Positions 16,101 through 25,300 of a DNA stretch of 31,078 nucleotides are shown here, piece after piece (position 1 is the first letter of the stretch; each line of letters opens with the position of its first letter). The notes beneath the pieces were generated by a model. The model did no database searches, was not told the origin of the DNA, and saw only the letters and a list, made by a program, of their open reading frames with translations. The stretch is from a virus. Taxonomy: Duplodnaviria; Caudoviricetes. The DNA is taken from positions 1-31,078 of IMG/VR virus record IMGVR_UViG_3300025120_000308; one strand, written 5' to 3'. The position numbers and the translations under genes are program-made.

Positions 16101-17686
16101 AAGACTCCATTAAAACTTAGTCTTTCCCCAAAAACAAAATCACCTTGTTGACTATAAGCAGTTAATGCTATTCCTGAGTTTACATCATATCTTAAGAATG
16201 CAGAGGCACCACTTTGTTCTCCTTGAAGATGAACAGGAGATGATAAATTGGTACTCACATTAACATCTAATGTAGTATATGTTTGTACATCAAATAGTGA
16301 TAAGTCCCAAATATTTAATTGAGGTGTGGTAGTATTATAACTTCCTGATTCTAAAGCAAAATCGTAAATTCTAGCAAGTCCTATTTCTGCTCCGGCAGCT
16401 GCTGTAGAAGATGATCCTACTCTTTGATCTCTAAGACTTACTGTGGTTGATGTATTAAATCCAATAACTGGTGATCCAGAAACATTATTTACTTCAATAG
16501 TAGGACCAAAAGCAAAATTAACTGCTTGATTCTCCAAAAATCTTGTATCTCTGGGTTTTCTAACATCCATAAGTGTTGGGGATGTTATCTCAACTTCATA
16601 ACCTCTAACATATGCTTTTCCTGGAGAAATTTTATATACCAACAAGTCATCAGATGGTACATTACCACCAACAGTAATTTGTCCTGGTTCGTAAACTCCC
16701 CTATTTCCTTCTTGATTATTTAAACTTTCTTTTACAGAGGTTACAAATTCATTAATATAATAATTTCCAGATTCTTCAAAAGTTCTTTTTGCTAATTCAT
16801 CTCCTAAAAGATTATATTTGGTGTCATCAATTTTTGTTCTTAATAATCCTCTTTGAACTTCTGCAAGTTGAACAAAATTTTCATCATTAAAATCATCCGA
16901 GTCTTTTTTCACTAAAGTGCAGGAAATCTTTAATCTATCTGCACCTGGTGCAGTATAGTTATTAAATCCTTGAGCATTATCTGTAAGTTGAGGATCAATA
17001 TCTGATGAAACAAGTTCTTCATTAATTAAAAGACCAATCCTGTAACTAGGTTGAGTTCCATATTGATCAAGAATCAATAACTGACTCTTAACAGTTACAA
17101 AATTGCCCCTAATAAAAAATACACCTTCACTGACAACAAATGCCGATCCTGTTTGCGAAGCATCTTCAACAATAGTATTAGCAAAACCTTCTCCAGCACT
17201 TATAAAGGTAGTTGCATATGAAATACCTTCATTTACTGTAAGAATTTCATTATCAAAAAATGCTTCAGTGCTATTATCTGTGCTTGACTCTAAGTAATTT
17301 ACATAAAGAGTAAAGTTTCCATTTTGGGATTCAGAATCAGTAACATAAGTTACAACTTGAGCAGTAATACCTGAAGATTGCCCACTAATTTTCTTGCCTA
17401 ATAATTGGTCAAGATAGATTTGTACCGGAATACCAAGAAACTCTTGTTGAATTTGTATTCCATGAAATAAATCGTTATAATTTAAACTACCAGGAATTAC
17501 AATACTTCCTTCTTTATATAAATTATTACCAACACTTTCAATCTGATTCTGAAGAACAGATTGAAGATTATTTAACTCTCTAGCCTGAACTGGATAAGCA
17601 GGTTTGAAAAGTACTTTATAATAGTTGCTACGAGGGTCAAAGTCGTCAAAGTAGGGAGCAACGTTGAGGTTAGTTTCCTGGGGCAT
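10109..17686 (-). CDS. Large baseplate/tail structural protein, VrlC-like / DUF4815-containing, 2,525 aa
   Basis: N-terminal NLNVAPYFDDFD...YYKVLFKP..PVQARELN.LQS.LQ, APGADRLKI, RFKSGIFVDNF, DPLAQTF, GSLFKSQNAS.W.PSQYEDLKF motifs; directly downstream of gp8. Confidence 0.85.
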   Translation of the reverse strand: MPQETNLNVAPYFDDFDPRSNYYKVLFKPAYPVQARELNNLQSVLQNQIESVGNNLYKEGSIVIPGSLNYNDLFHGIQIQQEFLGIPVQIYLDQLLGKKISGQSSGITAQVVTYVTDSESQNGNFTLYVNYLESSTDNSTEAFFDNEILTVNEGISYATTFISAGEGFANTIVEDASQTGSAFVVSEGVFFIRGNFVTVKSQLLILDQYGTQPSYRIGLLINEELVSSDIDPQLTDNAQGFNNYTAPGADRLKISCTLVKKDSDDFNDENFVQLAEVQRGLLRTKIDDTKYNLLGDELAKRTFEESGNYYINEFVTSVKESLNNQEGNRGVYEPGQITVGGNVPSDDLLVYKISPGKAYVRGYEVEITSPTLMDVRKPRDTRFLENQAVNFAFGPTIEVNNVSGSPVIGFNTSTTVSLRDQRVGSSSTAAAGAEIGLARIYDFALESGSYNTTTPQLNIWDLSLFDVQTYTTLDVNVSTNLSSPVHLQGEQSGASAFLRYDVNSGIALTAYSQQGDFVFGERLSFNGVLDTSRFITGVNKHSIADVKSVYSIVGTANTFNADTVQREAISIGIGSISARDNAGISTISAPELAAGGFVGVVTSGNLIRYTIADNADPTILRVIGVNGKTATVTGITTVTGICEGSPPTTATNLTNISIVASRLQSSQGTGNLSSNDSIYSVLPKENIESLDLSGSNIVIRNNTSINIDSDGLSQVFSVGDPAKEVFLAFDEERYSLLRSDGGTEVLTADKFVFSQGNTQLQLQGLSGVDPDATLITSTRKSNITSKIKLKNSTNSIIIDKSKNSASGVGESTLQDGLIYGNYPFGTRVQDNIISLNVPDVIDVYGIFQSGTTEDPESPNLSVANMNGPSATTNDFILGETFSGGTSGAKAKYIQRKNDTTISFVYLNDIVFEVGESLSFSQSTVSGNASNIELGSQNVTRDYYLSKGQRSSFYDFSRIVRKENVSEAASKLRVYFSNAYYASSDTGDITTVDSYRTFDYSTEISSVGNNRVTDIIDGRPRVTNYAVTPGSRSPFEFFGRNFNGGQHSSKNVIASDESFTLGYNYYLARADRIYIDKNGSFAVKNGAPDDIPQLPLSVTEGMNVGNVFLPPYLYNVNDARVTFIDHKRYQMVDISKIEQRVKNLEYYSSLNLLEQSTINAFVPDINGLNRFKSGIFVDNFSSTLPQDLTIGIKNSIDTKRKILRPPHYTSAVNLQVGIGNTLLGAGVRRTGNIVTLDYADNVWLEQPFATRLENVTPFLVNFYKGTIDLEPSVDVWIDTNQMQIRDTLMEGSFQGLADVINAEVETAEDGTRIGVAPIVWDSWETVGAQLDLSSTARSESLRAAAQRDQAAVAQAMTRQGIAGGGRVDLNRSTVQSTVISGAITLEQTRTGSQMSIQEVINTESLGDRIVNRGITHTMRSRNIKFTAKAMKPFTQMYAYFDGTAVSRFTVPKLIEVTMTSGTFTVGETIDGTMPGSVSSQQISSSSLPEIVFRAAAANHKYGSITEPSDIYDSNPYTRATSLPTAYTGASTIINVDTDSLQSEDFSEFFGYIQSGMTLRGRASGAEATVTAVRLITDRVGTLIGSYRVPDPSSVSNPTFETGRTEFRLTSSSINSRVKGSVSTSAQEIFYSQGDLDNTQEVTLSLRNARVLTDQDLEPERRELVSESDEISIIQDINIVNIPPPPPPPADPPAPPVVFRGDPLAQTFYIDDITGIYVSKIDVFFQSKSRDFPVTIDIRETRLGTPTKTILPFSEVSLDPKFVEVSEDGSVPTTFTFNSPVYLNGNTEYSVVLKSDVTEYNVWISRLGEADITTAAQEAGQILVTQQPLLGSLFKSQNASVWTPSQYEDLKFVLYRCQFVSQGVVQFFNPDLPQQLEKITRNGISITPRTISVGIGTTISNTGVVAGRELSIGDVITQTSSNFRGVLVGLAGSSTGDLGLSNPGIGYTPAASQFTHTGIALTAFTGQGVNATANITINNGVAIAATINAGGSGYNVGDVLAPLTTGSNAFLPGRDMKLSVNTLLGFNALELSKVQGEVKFNADNYLQYTTSAGITSDINVGVGGSLVPDAPVTVSNDGLHLKVFQRNHGMYSNTNRVLLKEVGSDITPTALSAQYTKANTGAISVGSTENLADFEGLPVSVNNPGYVKIGSEIISYTGTAGKSLVGISSRSVGSTIAATHNVNELVYRYEFGGISLLRINKEHQFADVTIDDSIGLDHYNVKINMSANGTDRSSTSPTLGSRYFLTSKTGGGTRVKGTYNLPYSIVIPKLRTVSPNGTSISTQMRTVSETSVSGSEISFLDKGYQEVSLNEKNYFDNQRMVVSSTNERSYLNGLPYNKSMTLNTNLLTVDNRLSPAIDLDHAAVVFVSNRANQPITNYATDSKAKGILSDPTSLMYVTRNIILENPASSLRIFIDGYVSTFNDVRMFYALDQDLPATECVFTPFPGINNQSEFGTILQPFNADGRPDVYVPPSDIYTQYPSLNHFKEYKFTIDNLTPFNMFRIKIIGTSTNQAIIPQFRNLRCIAVV

Positions 17687-17692
17687 AATTCT

Positions 17693-19267
17693 TTAGAACT
17701 GCAAGATAATCTTTACGTCTTCTTTCTGTGAGGATGACCTAGTTACAGAGGGCCTATTATCAACGTGAATAATATTTCCCGAGTATTTTTTGGACTCTGG
17801 TTGAGCAACGCCCTTCACAAAACTTTGACCTAGAAAGTAGGTACGACTATTTATTACAGTACTTATACCGGGACTTCCAATAGATCCAAAAGAAGTATCA
17901 ATGCCCAAAGTAACAGATCCTCCAACAATATTAATATTTCCCCCTGCTGCAGGGTCATTTGTAAACCTTAAGGATTCAAACCCGTAAATAGGACCTGAAT
18001 TTTGAGTTCCATCAGAGTTAAATCCAGAGTTTGTTCTATCCTGCCAGTACTTAAGAACTCCTGTAGATTGGTCGTAAGATATAACTCTACCAACTGAAGT
18101 AGAACCAACTCCTACTCTTTGTGTGATAGTACTATCTGGTGTAAAAGTAGCACTTTGATATTCATCACCATCACTGGTAAGTTTAAGAGCATATACTGCA
18201 CTTGCTTTATCTGTGGTTAATATGGTGCTAGAGTCATTATTAAGAGGATTAGCGATTAATCCAACTCTTGCAAACTCATTGCCGGTAATAAAGTCAGGAT
18301 TCTCAGTATCATTTTCAAACCTAGCATAGGTTAAAACATTAAATGCTCCTAACTCTCTGTAAATATCAGCACCATGTCCTCCATTTGGTGGAATAATAAC
18401 ATTAAAGATTGGTGATGTTGACCCGGTAGGCACACCACCAGTTTTAAGGTCTAAAATTCCAAAAGTGTAATTTGATCCCCCATTTGAAATATTAACCGAT
18501 TCAATTTTTGAATCATTATTAATGATGACAGTTGCCTCAGCACCTTTACCATCACCATTGATAGGAATTCTAGTATATGTTCTAGCAGTTCCGAGACCAA
18601 CACCACGATTTCTAACTGTAATAACTTTTAGTTGTCCGCTTGTAGAAGCATTCTGTCGTATAGGAGCAGCATCGATATCAGTATCCCAATTATTTGGAAC
18701 AGGAATGTAATTTGTTGATTCAAACTTAATTGCTTGACTTGGTTTAATAGTGTAAAGATATTTCCAAACATAACCATCGCCGCTACTACCAGCAGCTCTT
18801 GGTTCTAAATCAGTAAAGGTGGGTTCATCTAATGATGGACCTCCTTGAAAAGCATTTTCTGGAGTTGCGTTATTATAAAGACAAATATAAACTCTAAAAT
18901 CTGAGTTCATTACATAGTAATTTCCATCATATATGTCAAAAGAACCCGATGGTTGTGACGGATTACTTCTGGTTATGTCATTTCTCCACATATCATATGT
19001 GGTTCCCGTTGCCCACGTAGTCTTTTTAATGACTTGACTAACATCACTTGATGTAATCTTTTTCATAGCGATCATTGTATCCCAATAATCGTTAGATTCA
19101 TTCAAACTATCTTTAGGAGATGGGGGATTTGTATTCCACGTAAATTGATAGTCACCAGCATTAGGTAAACCAATAAATGTATAATAAGAATTTGAAGTGG
19201 ATTGTATACCAGCAACAAAGTTCTTAGCATTTAAAATACGAAGTTGGTCAGTAATTATAGCTGCCAT
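17693..19267 (-). CDS. gp8: Baseplate wedge subunit (T4 gp8-like), 524 aa
   Basis: MAAIITDQLRILNAKNF, YYVMNSDFRVYICL.N, DGYVWKYLYTI, C-terminal YSG.IIHVDNR....R...QKEDVKIILQF. Confidence 0.92.
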   Translation of the reverse strand: MAAIITDQLRILNAKNFVAGIQSTSNSYYTFIGLPNAGDYQFTWNTNPPSPKDSLNESNDYWDTMIAMKKITSSDVSQVIKKTTWATGTTYDMWRNDITRSNPSQPSGSFDIYDGNYYVMNSDFRVYICLYNNATPENAFQGGPSLDEPTFTDLEPRAAGSSGDGYVWKYLYTIKPSQAIKFESTNYIPVPNNWDTDIDAAPIRQNASTSGQLKVITVRNRGVGLGTARTYTRIPINGDGKGAEATVIINNDSKIESVNISNGGSNYTFGILDLKTGGVPTGSTSPIFNVIIPPNGGHGADIYRELGAFNVLTYARFENDTENPDFITGNEFARVGLIANPLNNDSSTILTTDKASAVYALKLTSDGDEYQSATFTPDSTITQRVGVGSTSVGRVISYDQSTGVLKYWQDRTNSGFNSDGTQNSGPIYGFESLRFTNDPAAGGNINIVGGSVTLGIDTSFGSIGSPGISTVINSRTYFLGQSFVKGVAQPESKKYSGNIIHVDNRPSVTRSSSQKEDVKIILQF

Positions 19268-19285
19268 TTTTAGAGAACTTTTTGT

Positions 19286-19312
19286 TATTTATCTTATATT
19301 TCAAGTATTTAT
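19286..19312 (-). promoter_or_regulatory. Two tandem late promoter-like motifs ATAAATA (19306-19312 and 19286-19292)
   Basis: Plus strand TATTTAT twice, 20 bp apart, in the 44-bp gap between gp7 stop and gp8 ATG. Confidence 0.65.
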
Positions 19313-22300
19313 TATACATAATTATTGAATTTGAGAGCATCTCTTCTAGTGACCAGTGCAGAAGTAGAAATGCCAGCATATCCATTTTCATTGTAAGAAC
19401 TGAATGTGGTAGAAATACTACTTCTATTCACGTTAATTTTGCCCCAACTAAATGATCCAAAACTAGTTGTTCCATATGAAACAGTGCTTATAGATCCTAC
19501 ATTAGTTATTAATCTTCTAATAGCAGTTGTTCCAACTCCAACTACATTTGTTTGTATGGTTGAGGCAGAGTAAACCTGGAATACACCATCCATAAATGAT
19601 GTGGTGATTCCTAAAGTAGTTCCGTCATTATAAAGACTTGTGAGAGCAGACCCTACTGCAGGAGAAATATTAGAGTTAAATACTGTGAAGTACTCTCCAG
19701 TTGAAATTCCACTTACAGTTACTGCAGTTCCTACAATACTGGTATTTCTCATATCAGAGTCAACTGGAATATAGAAATCAAATCTAAGTTGATTAAATGA
19801 TCCACTAGTTGTTGTGCCAAATCCAACTATATTGCCATAATCTCCATTATAACTGGAGACTGGCATAACTTCTTTCACCAAAATAGGTTCTTCAATAATT
19901 ACAGTAGGTGGATGAGTGTAAGTGTATCCAGAACCAATAGTATTCACAGATACAGTTGATAGTTTACCTGATGTTATAGATCCAACTCCAGATGCTCTAT
20001 GAGTATTACCAAGACCAATTGGAGGGGCAACACTAATCGCAATCGTAGACAATCCAACATAACCTTGTCCAGAGTTAGTAATAACGAAAGATGATATCGT
20101 TCCAGCAATGCTTACCACTGCGGTTACAGATGCTCCAACTAAAACATCTTGAGTATTAACTACAATTGAGTTTTGGAAACCTCTTATATTGGATTCATTT
20201 CTAGAGTCAAATAATGGTCTAACAGTATCAACATATACAATGGTGGTACTTATGCTCAGTGATTGTGTCAGATATGCTGCTGGGAAAATAGACGGTTCAT
20301 ATGAAAGTCTATCCTTACCAATCTCATCACCATCAATAATTTTATCAACTTTTTGCTTACACCAATTGATTGGTCTATGTAAAGTTTGATCAGTTGTAAC
20401 CCCTGGTCCAATATATGAATTAGTTGCTAGACTATCAACTGTATTAATACCAGTAACAGTTCTAAAATCCTGATTTAATGTAATAGGTTGATTTAAATCG
20501 GGATTGTTAGATAATTTAAGCAAATCTCCAACTTTAACTGTTTCTACAATATCAGTAAATATAACATCAGAATCTCCAGCACCTTTATAAAACAGAATCT
20601 TGGAAGTATCTCCAGTATTCCCATAACCTACTAAAGATCCTTTAGGTGCCTCGCTGAAAGTTATTATACTTCCACCATTAAACTGATATGCTTCACCAGG
20701 TTTTTGAAGAACATCATTAATAAACACTAATAATGTTTGATCAAGTTCAATATTTGAACCTCTTTGTGATTGAATTGATATGGTCTCTTCATTTACACTT
20801 AATCTAAATGCCTTTGTTGTTCCATCAAACTGGTCATCCAATCGATCAAATACTTGGAATTGCCCAATAGACCATCCAGCAAATGAATCAGTATGAATAC
20901 GATCAACAATAATCTGAAACTCATCAAAGGTTTTAGTAGTATCAGTTGGGATTCCAGTTGCTCCGCCAAGAGCAACAGTTAGAATTTCTCCTTCCCTATA
21001 ACCATAACCGGTATTTCTAATCTCAAAATCAATAATACTAGAACCCTGACCTACGATAATATCTGCTGTAGCACTTCTACCCACATCAGAAGGACTTGAA
21101 GAACTGAATATGAGAGGAATATTCGTATAACTAAGTGGTTCATCAAATACTACTACTGGAGCATTTGTGGAGGTATATCCCGTTCCTGGGTTTGTGATTG
21201 CAACACTTACGACATTGCCTCCAGATATATTAGCAGTTCCAATAAACTCTATATTCGCTAGAACTCCACTATAAGTTTGAACTCCAACATTCACAACAGA
21301 TTGAATACCAGATCTATATCCAGAACCACTATTCCCAATACTAATAGAAGTAATAGTGCCTGCTGCAGATACTAAAGCAGTTCCTCCTGCTGATACTAAT
21401 GGTTGATATCCAAATCCACCTGTAGAACCGAGTGAAATAAACTGTCCACCAGATGGCAGAGTTGATTTATTATAATCATATCCTGAAGAACTAGGACTAC
21501 CTGTAAATCTAATAGAACTTATACCTGCGGGAAGATCTTCAATAATATTATAATCACCTTTATATGCCTGAACACCTTGAGGTGTTTGATGTATGCCGTT
21601 TACAAGAATAATTGAATTTGTTGTTATTCCGGTTATATTTGAGTCATTAGAAGTTAATGTGTATGTTTGACCAATGCCTGTAAACCTATCAGAGACAGAA
21701 TCAAAAACATAATTTTGATAATATGTCTCATTTGTAGTTCCTGCACCAGCACCTTTCATAAACGTTCTACCTTGGAAATTAGAACTTGTAGTAATTCCAG
21801 TCCAATCTCTACTACTAGGGTCACCAGTTGTAGTGCTTAATGGAGAATTTCCAGTAGGTGCAACACCAAAGACGAGTTGATTATTAATAATATTGTAGTT
21901 GCCGTCATATTTTGTAATTGATGCTCCAGTTGAGTGTATAGCAACATTTGAACCAAAACTACCTCTAGACACAGAAACTTTTATTGTATTTCCAACTCCA
22001 ATAGTTCTAAGAATCATATATTCATCATCTATTTTGATCACATCTCCCGATGTAAATGAGGTTACTCCAGTAGTGTTGAATACAAGATCAAAGATAATAT
22101 CTTGATCCAATGTCGTAGTGATATTTGTAACAGCAAGTGGAGACTGAATCATATTATCAATTGTAAGCAATGCCTTAGTATTCTGATTTGTAGAGTTAAA
22201 CGCATGAGATGCACCAGCTCCTACAGCACTTATTCCAACAGGAACAGGCGGTACACTTAAAGCATTTTCCGCAGATGTTGCTAATTGAATCGCTGCCTCA

Positions 22301-25300
22301 TCAATTTTAATAACAAAAAGTTCAGTGTTAGGTAGTTTAGTTGTAGCACCAATACTTGGGAATGTTGTATTATCAATGACGATTGCCATTGTTGTGCCTG
22401 TGCCGGGATGAGAATACTCAATCGATTCTCCACCTACAAAATAATGATTTGGAATAATTACCTTATTATTGGACACATCAACAGTTGCTGCGGATGAACC
22501 ATCAAAAACTCTCCTAAAGATATCAAGTCCATCATGTTTTAGATCAAATGTCGTCTTAAGATCTAATTTAGTGCCTTCATAATCTCCATGATCAGTTTTG
22601 ATCACAGTGCTAAACATATTAATTTCGTCAATTCTAGGATTATTATCATATATTCTCATTTCCGTGAAATAAGTCCTAACATCAACGTTGATATTAGGTT
22701 CGGGAGTATATACAATTTGAAGTCCACTAGTTGATGCGGCAACACCTACTGTTCCAATCGTTCCTCCAGTATTAATGTTAGCCCACTCAACATAAACATC
22801 ATTTGTGCTGGAGTTTAGTGCTGCAAACTCAAGGATTTCATACTTATTGTTTGTAGTGTCTTCAATACTCATAAAGTAGTAAGCTGACTCTGAAGGATCT
22901 TCATAAGATGCTACTACGTTGGCAGTAGGAGATCCAGAAGAGACAATAGTAGAATAACTAGAACCAACTCTAGTAACATCCAACAAGGTATTAGATGCTG
23001 TAGTCCCTGCATCAGAAATAGCAATTATACTCGCGGTACAGGTCATAGCGAGTGCAACATTCGGGAAAAATTTAACAATAATATTTCCACCAGAAAGTCT
23101 GGCGTCAAAAGTTCCAAAACCAACTCCAGTTAACCCTTCATTTTCATCAATTGAACCAAGTTCAAGTTGATATACATCCGTTCCATCGTGGACTAAGTTC
23201 AATTCAGAAACAAACATTTTGTTGTCAGATGCTTCAAAGTTAGCCATAACTTTTGCTGATCTATATGTTGCTCCAATAGAAATAATATCAGTATTAGTCG
23301 ATGCTGGAACGTTAGTGATTTTTGACTTTATAAAAGCAACATCGCCAAACCCCTTAGATCCCTCAGTGGATACTCCGGTTAAAATTGCAAAGTTTGTGGT
23401 TGAAACATCATAAGTATTAATTTCAAACTTTGTAGGATAGAATAATAATTTCCAACCATCAGAACCTGAATCATAATCATAATATCCAAGACTTGGATAT
23501 GATTCGATAGATGCAAACTGATTAATGTATCCTATGTCATTATCCTGAAGACAAGAAATAATTGCAAACTGCCTCTCATCTGTAAAAATTCTATCTCTTA
23601 CATGAGTAATAAGTTTATTGTACTTAAAATCACTTCCAAATATTGAAACAACCTCAAAAGGAGTTGTTCTTTCGTTGCTATTAAACTGAGTACTAAGATC
23701 ATCTATACTTAGAACTCTATTTCCTACTGATTCAAAATAATCAGCAAGAAATATAGTATCAAATACGATTTCATCAGACACATCAACATTTCCCAATCTC
23801 TTAGTTCTTTCAATCGCACTATCAAAATCATAGTAACAATTTAAATCTGCAGAACTAGTAATATCAACTATAGTTTCAATATTGGAGTCTGGAGTTGAAA
23901 CTGTCAGTTTAAGATCATTATTCAGTTCTCCGCTAAAAATCTGCATATCTGCATATTTTTTAAACCCAGAGGTATGCACTAAAGAACTTACAGGATCACT
24001 CCAAGTATTAAAATCAATTTCAGAACTAATTGAATATGATAGATTTTGATAATATTCATTATCAGGAAGTTTTTGAAGATTGTCGTTTAGGAATCCGGTA
24101 TTCTTTTGCCATCCTCTAGCAATTGTTGTACCAGTTCCTATATTGATTTCTGCATCAAATACCGTTATGGATTCGATTCTTCCTTCAGCACCAGAGGTTG
24201 CCCCTCTAACAATGTCACCAGGTCGCGCAACTCCATTTATCTTTGCTTTGAGAACTTCAATATTTCCATTGTAACTATCAACTCTTCCTTTATATGAAGG
24301 ACCTTCAAATCTTTCTCCTTTAAGGAAGTTATTTTTTCTAATCTGAGAATCAAAGATTGGAAAGTTGACCTTAGGAATGACTCTACCTAGAGAGTCTTTA
24401 CTATAGTTTCCTGGATATCCTGCTCCGATATATTGATTTAAATCATACTCCACATATGCTCCAGATCCACCTGCAGCAGTATTGACACCAGATACTGAAA
24501 ATAGTACATAATTGTAATCTTTTGAGTTAAATCCAGAACCAGTAGATCCAACTCCAACACTTATATTTTCAACTAATATGGACTTGCCTAATTCAAACGG
24601 AAAATCTCCTCCAGAGAATTGATGAGTAAGGAAGAGTCTTACAATTTTAGTTGAGTTATTATATGTGATTGATGATATGCTAAATCCGTTTGAGTTATTA
24701 ACGGGAAGAATAGTAGGAGGAACATTATATAAGGAGGATGTGTTCTTAAGAATTTTTACCTCGGTATCTCCTAAATTATATTTAAGATCTATATCAACGA
24801 TTTTATCACTAACACCATCAATAACAATTAGATCAGGTGCTACAAGATAGTTTATTCCTGAAGATGTGATGCCGATTGATTGGAATGATGAAAGTGGAGA
24901 AAGTTTAATAACTTCAGGAACCCCTGCTAAAACTCTTAGAGTTGGATCAGTGGGGTAATCATAACCAATATTAGTCGAGTTAAACTCTGATTTCAAGAGT
25001 TTTCCAATATTATTACTATCTGGTTCTAAGTATGCTCCAGTTCCAAATCCACTTCTTATAGAAGATATAGATGGGATAGTTTTGTATCCAGAACCGGGAT
25101 CTAAAATTTTAACTTTTGATATTGCGCCTTGAGCAGTTTTTGATGTTGTCTCATAGGATGCATTACAATTAGATGGTCCAAATGATATAATATTTGGTGC
25201 CGACGCAATATTAAATGTAAAGGTTGTAGATCCAATGCTTGCAATATCTCTTGGGCCATCTAATTTTGTTCTCACGACGTTTATTTCATTAAAAGCATAA

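Noticed and set aside
10109-17686. Virulence function implied by the VrlC name
   Set aside because: The name derives from a homologue in the Dichelobacter nodosus vrl locus; context between gp8 and gp13 indicates a virion structural role.
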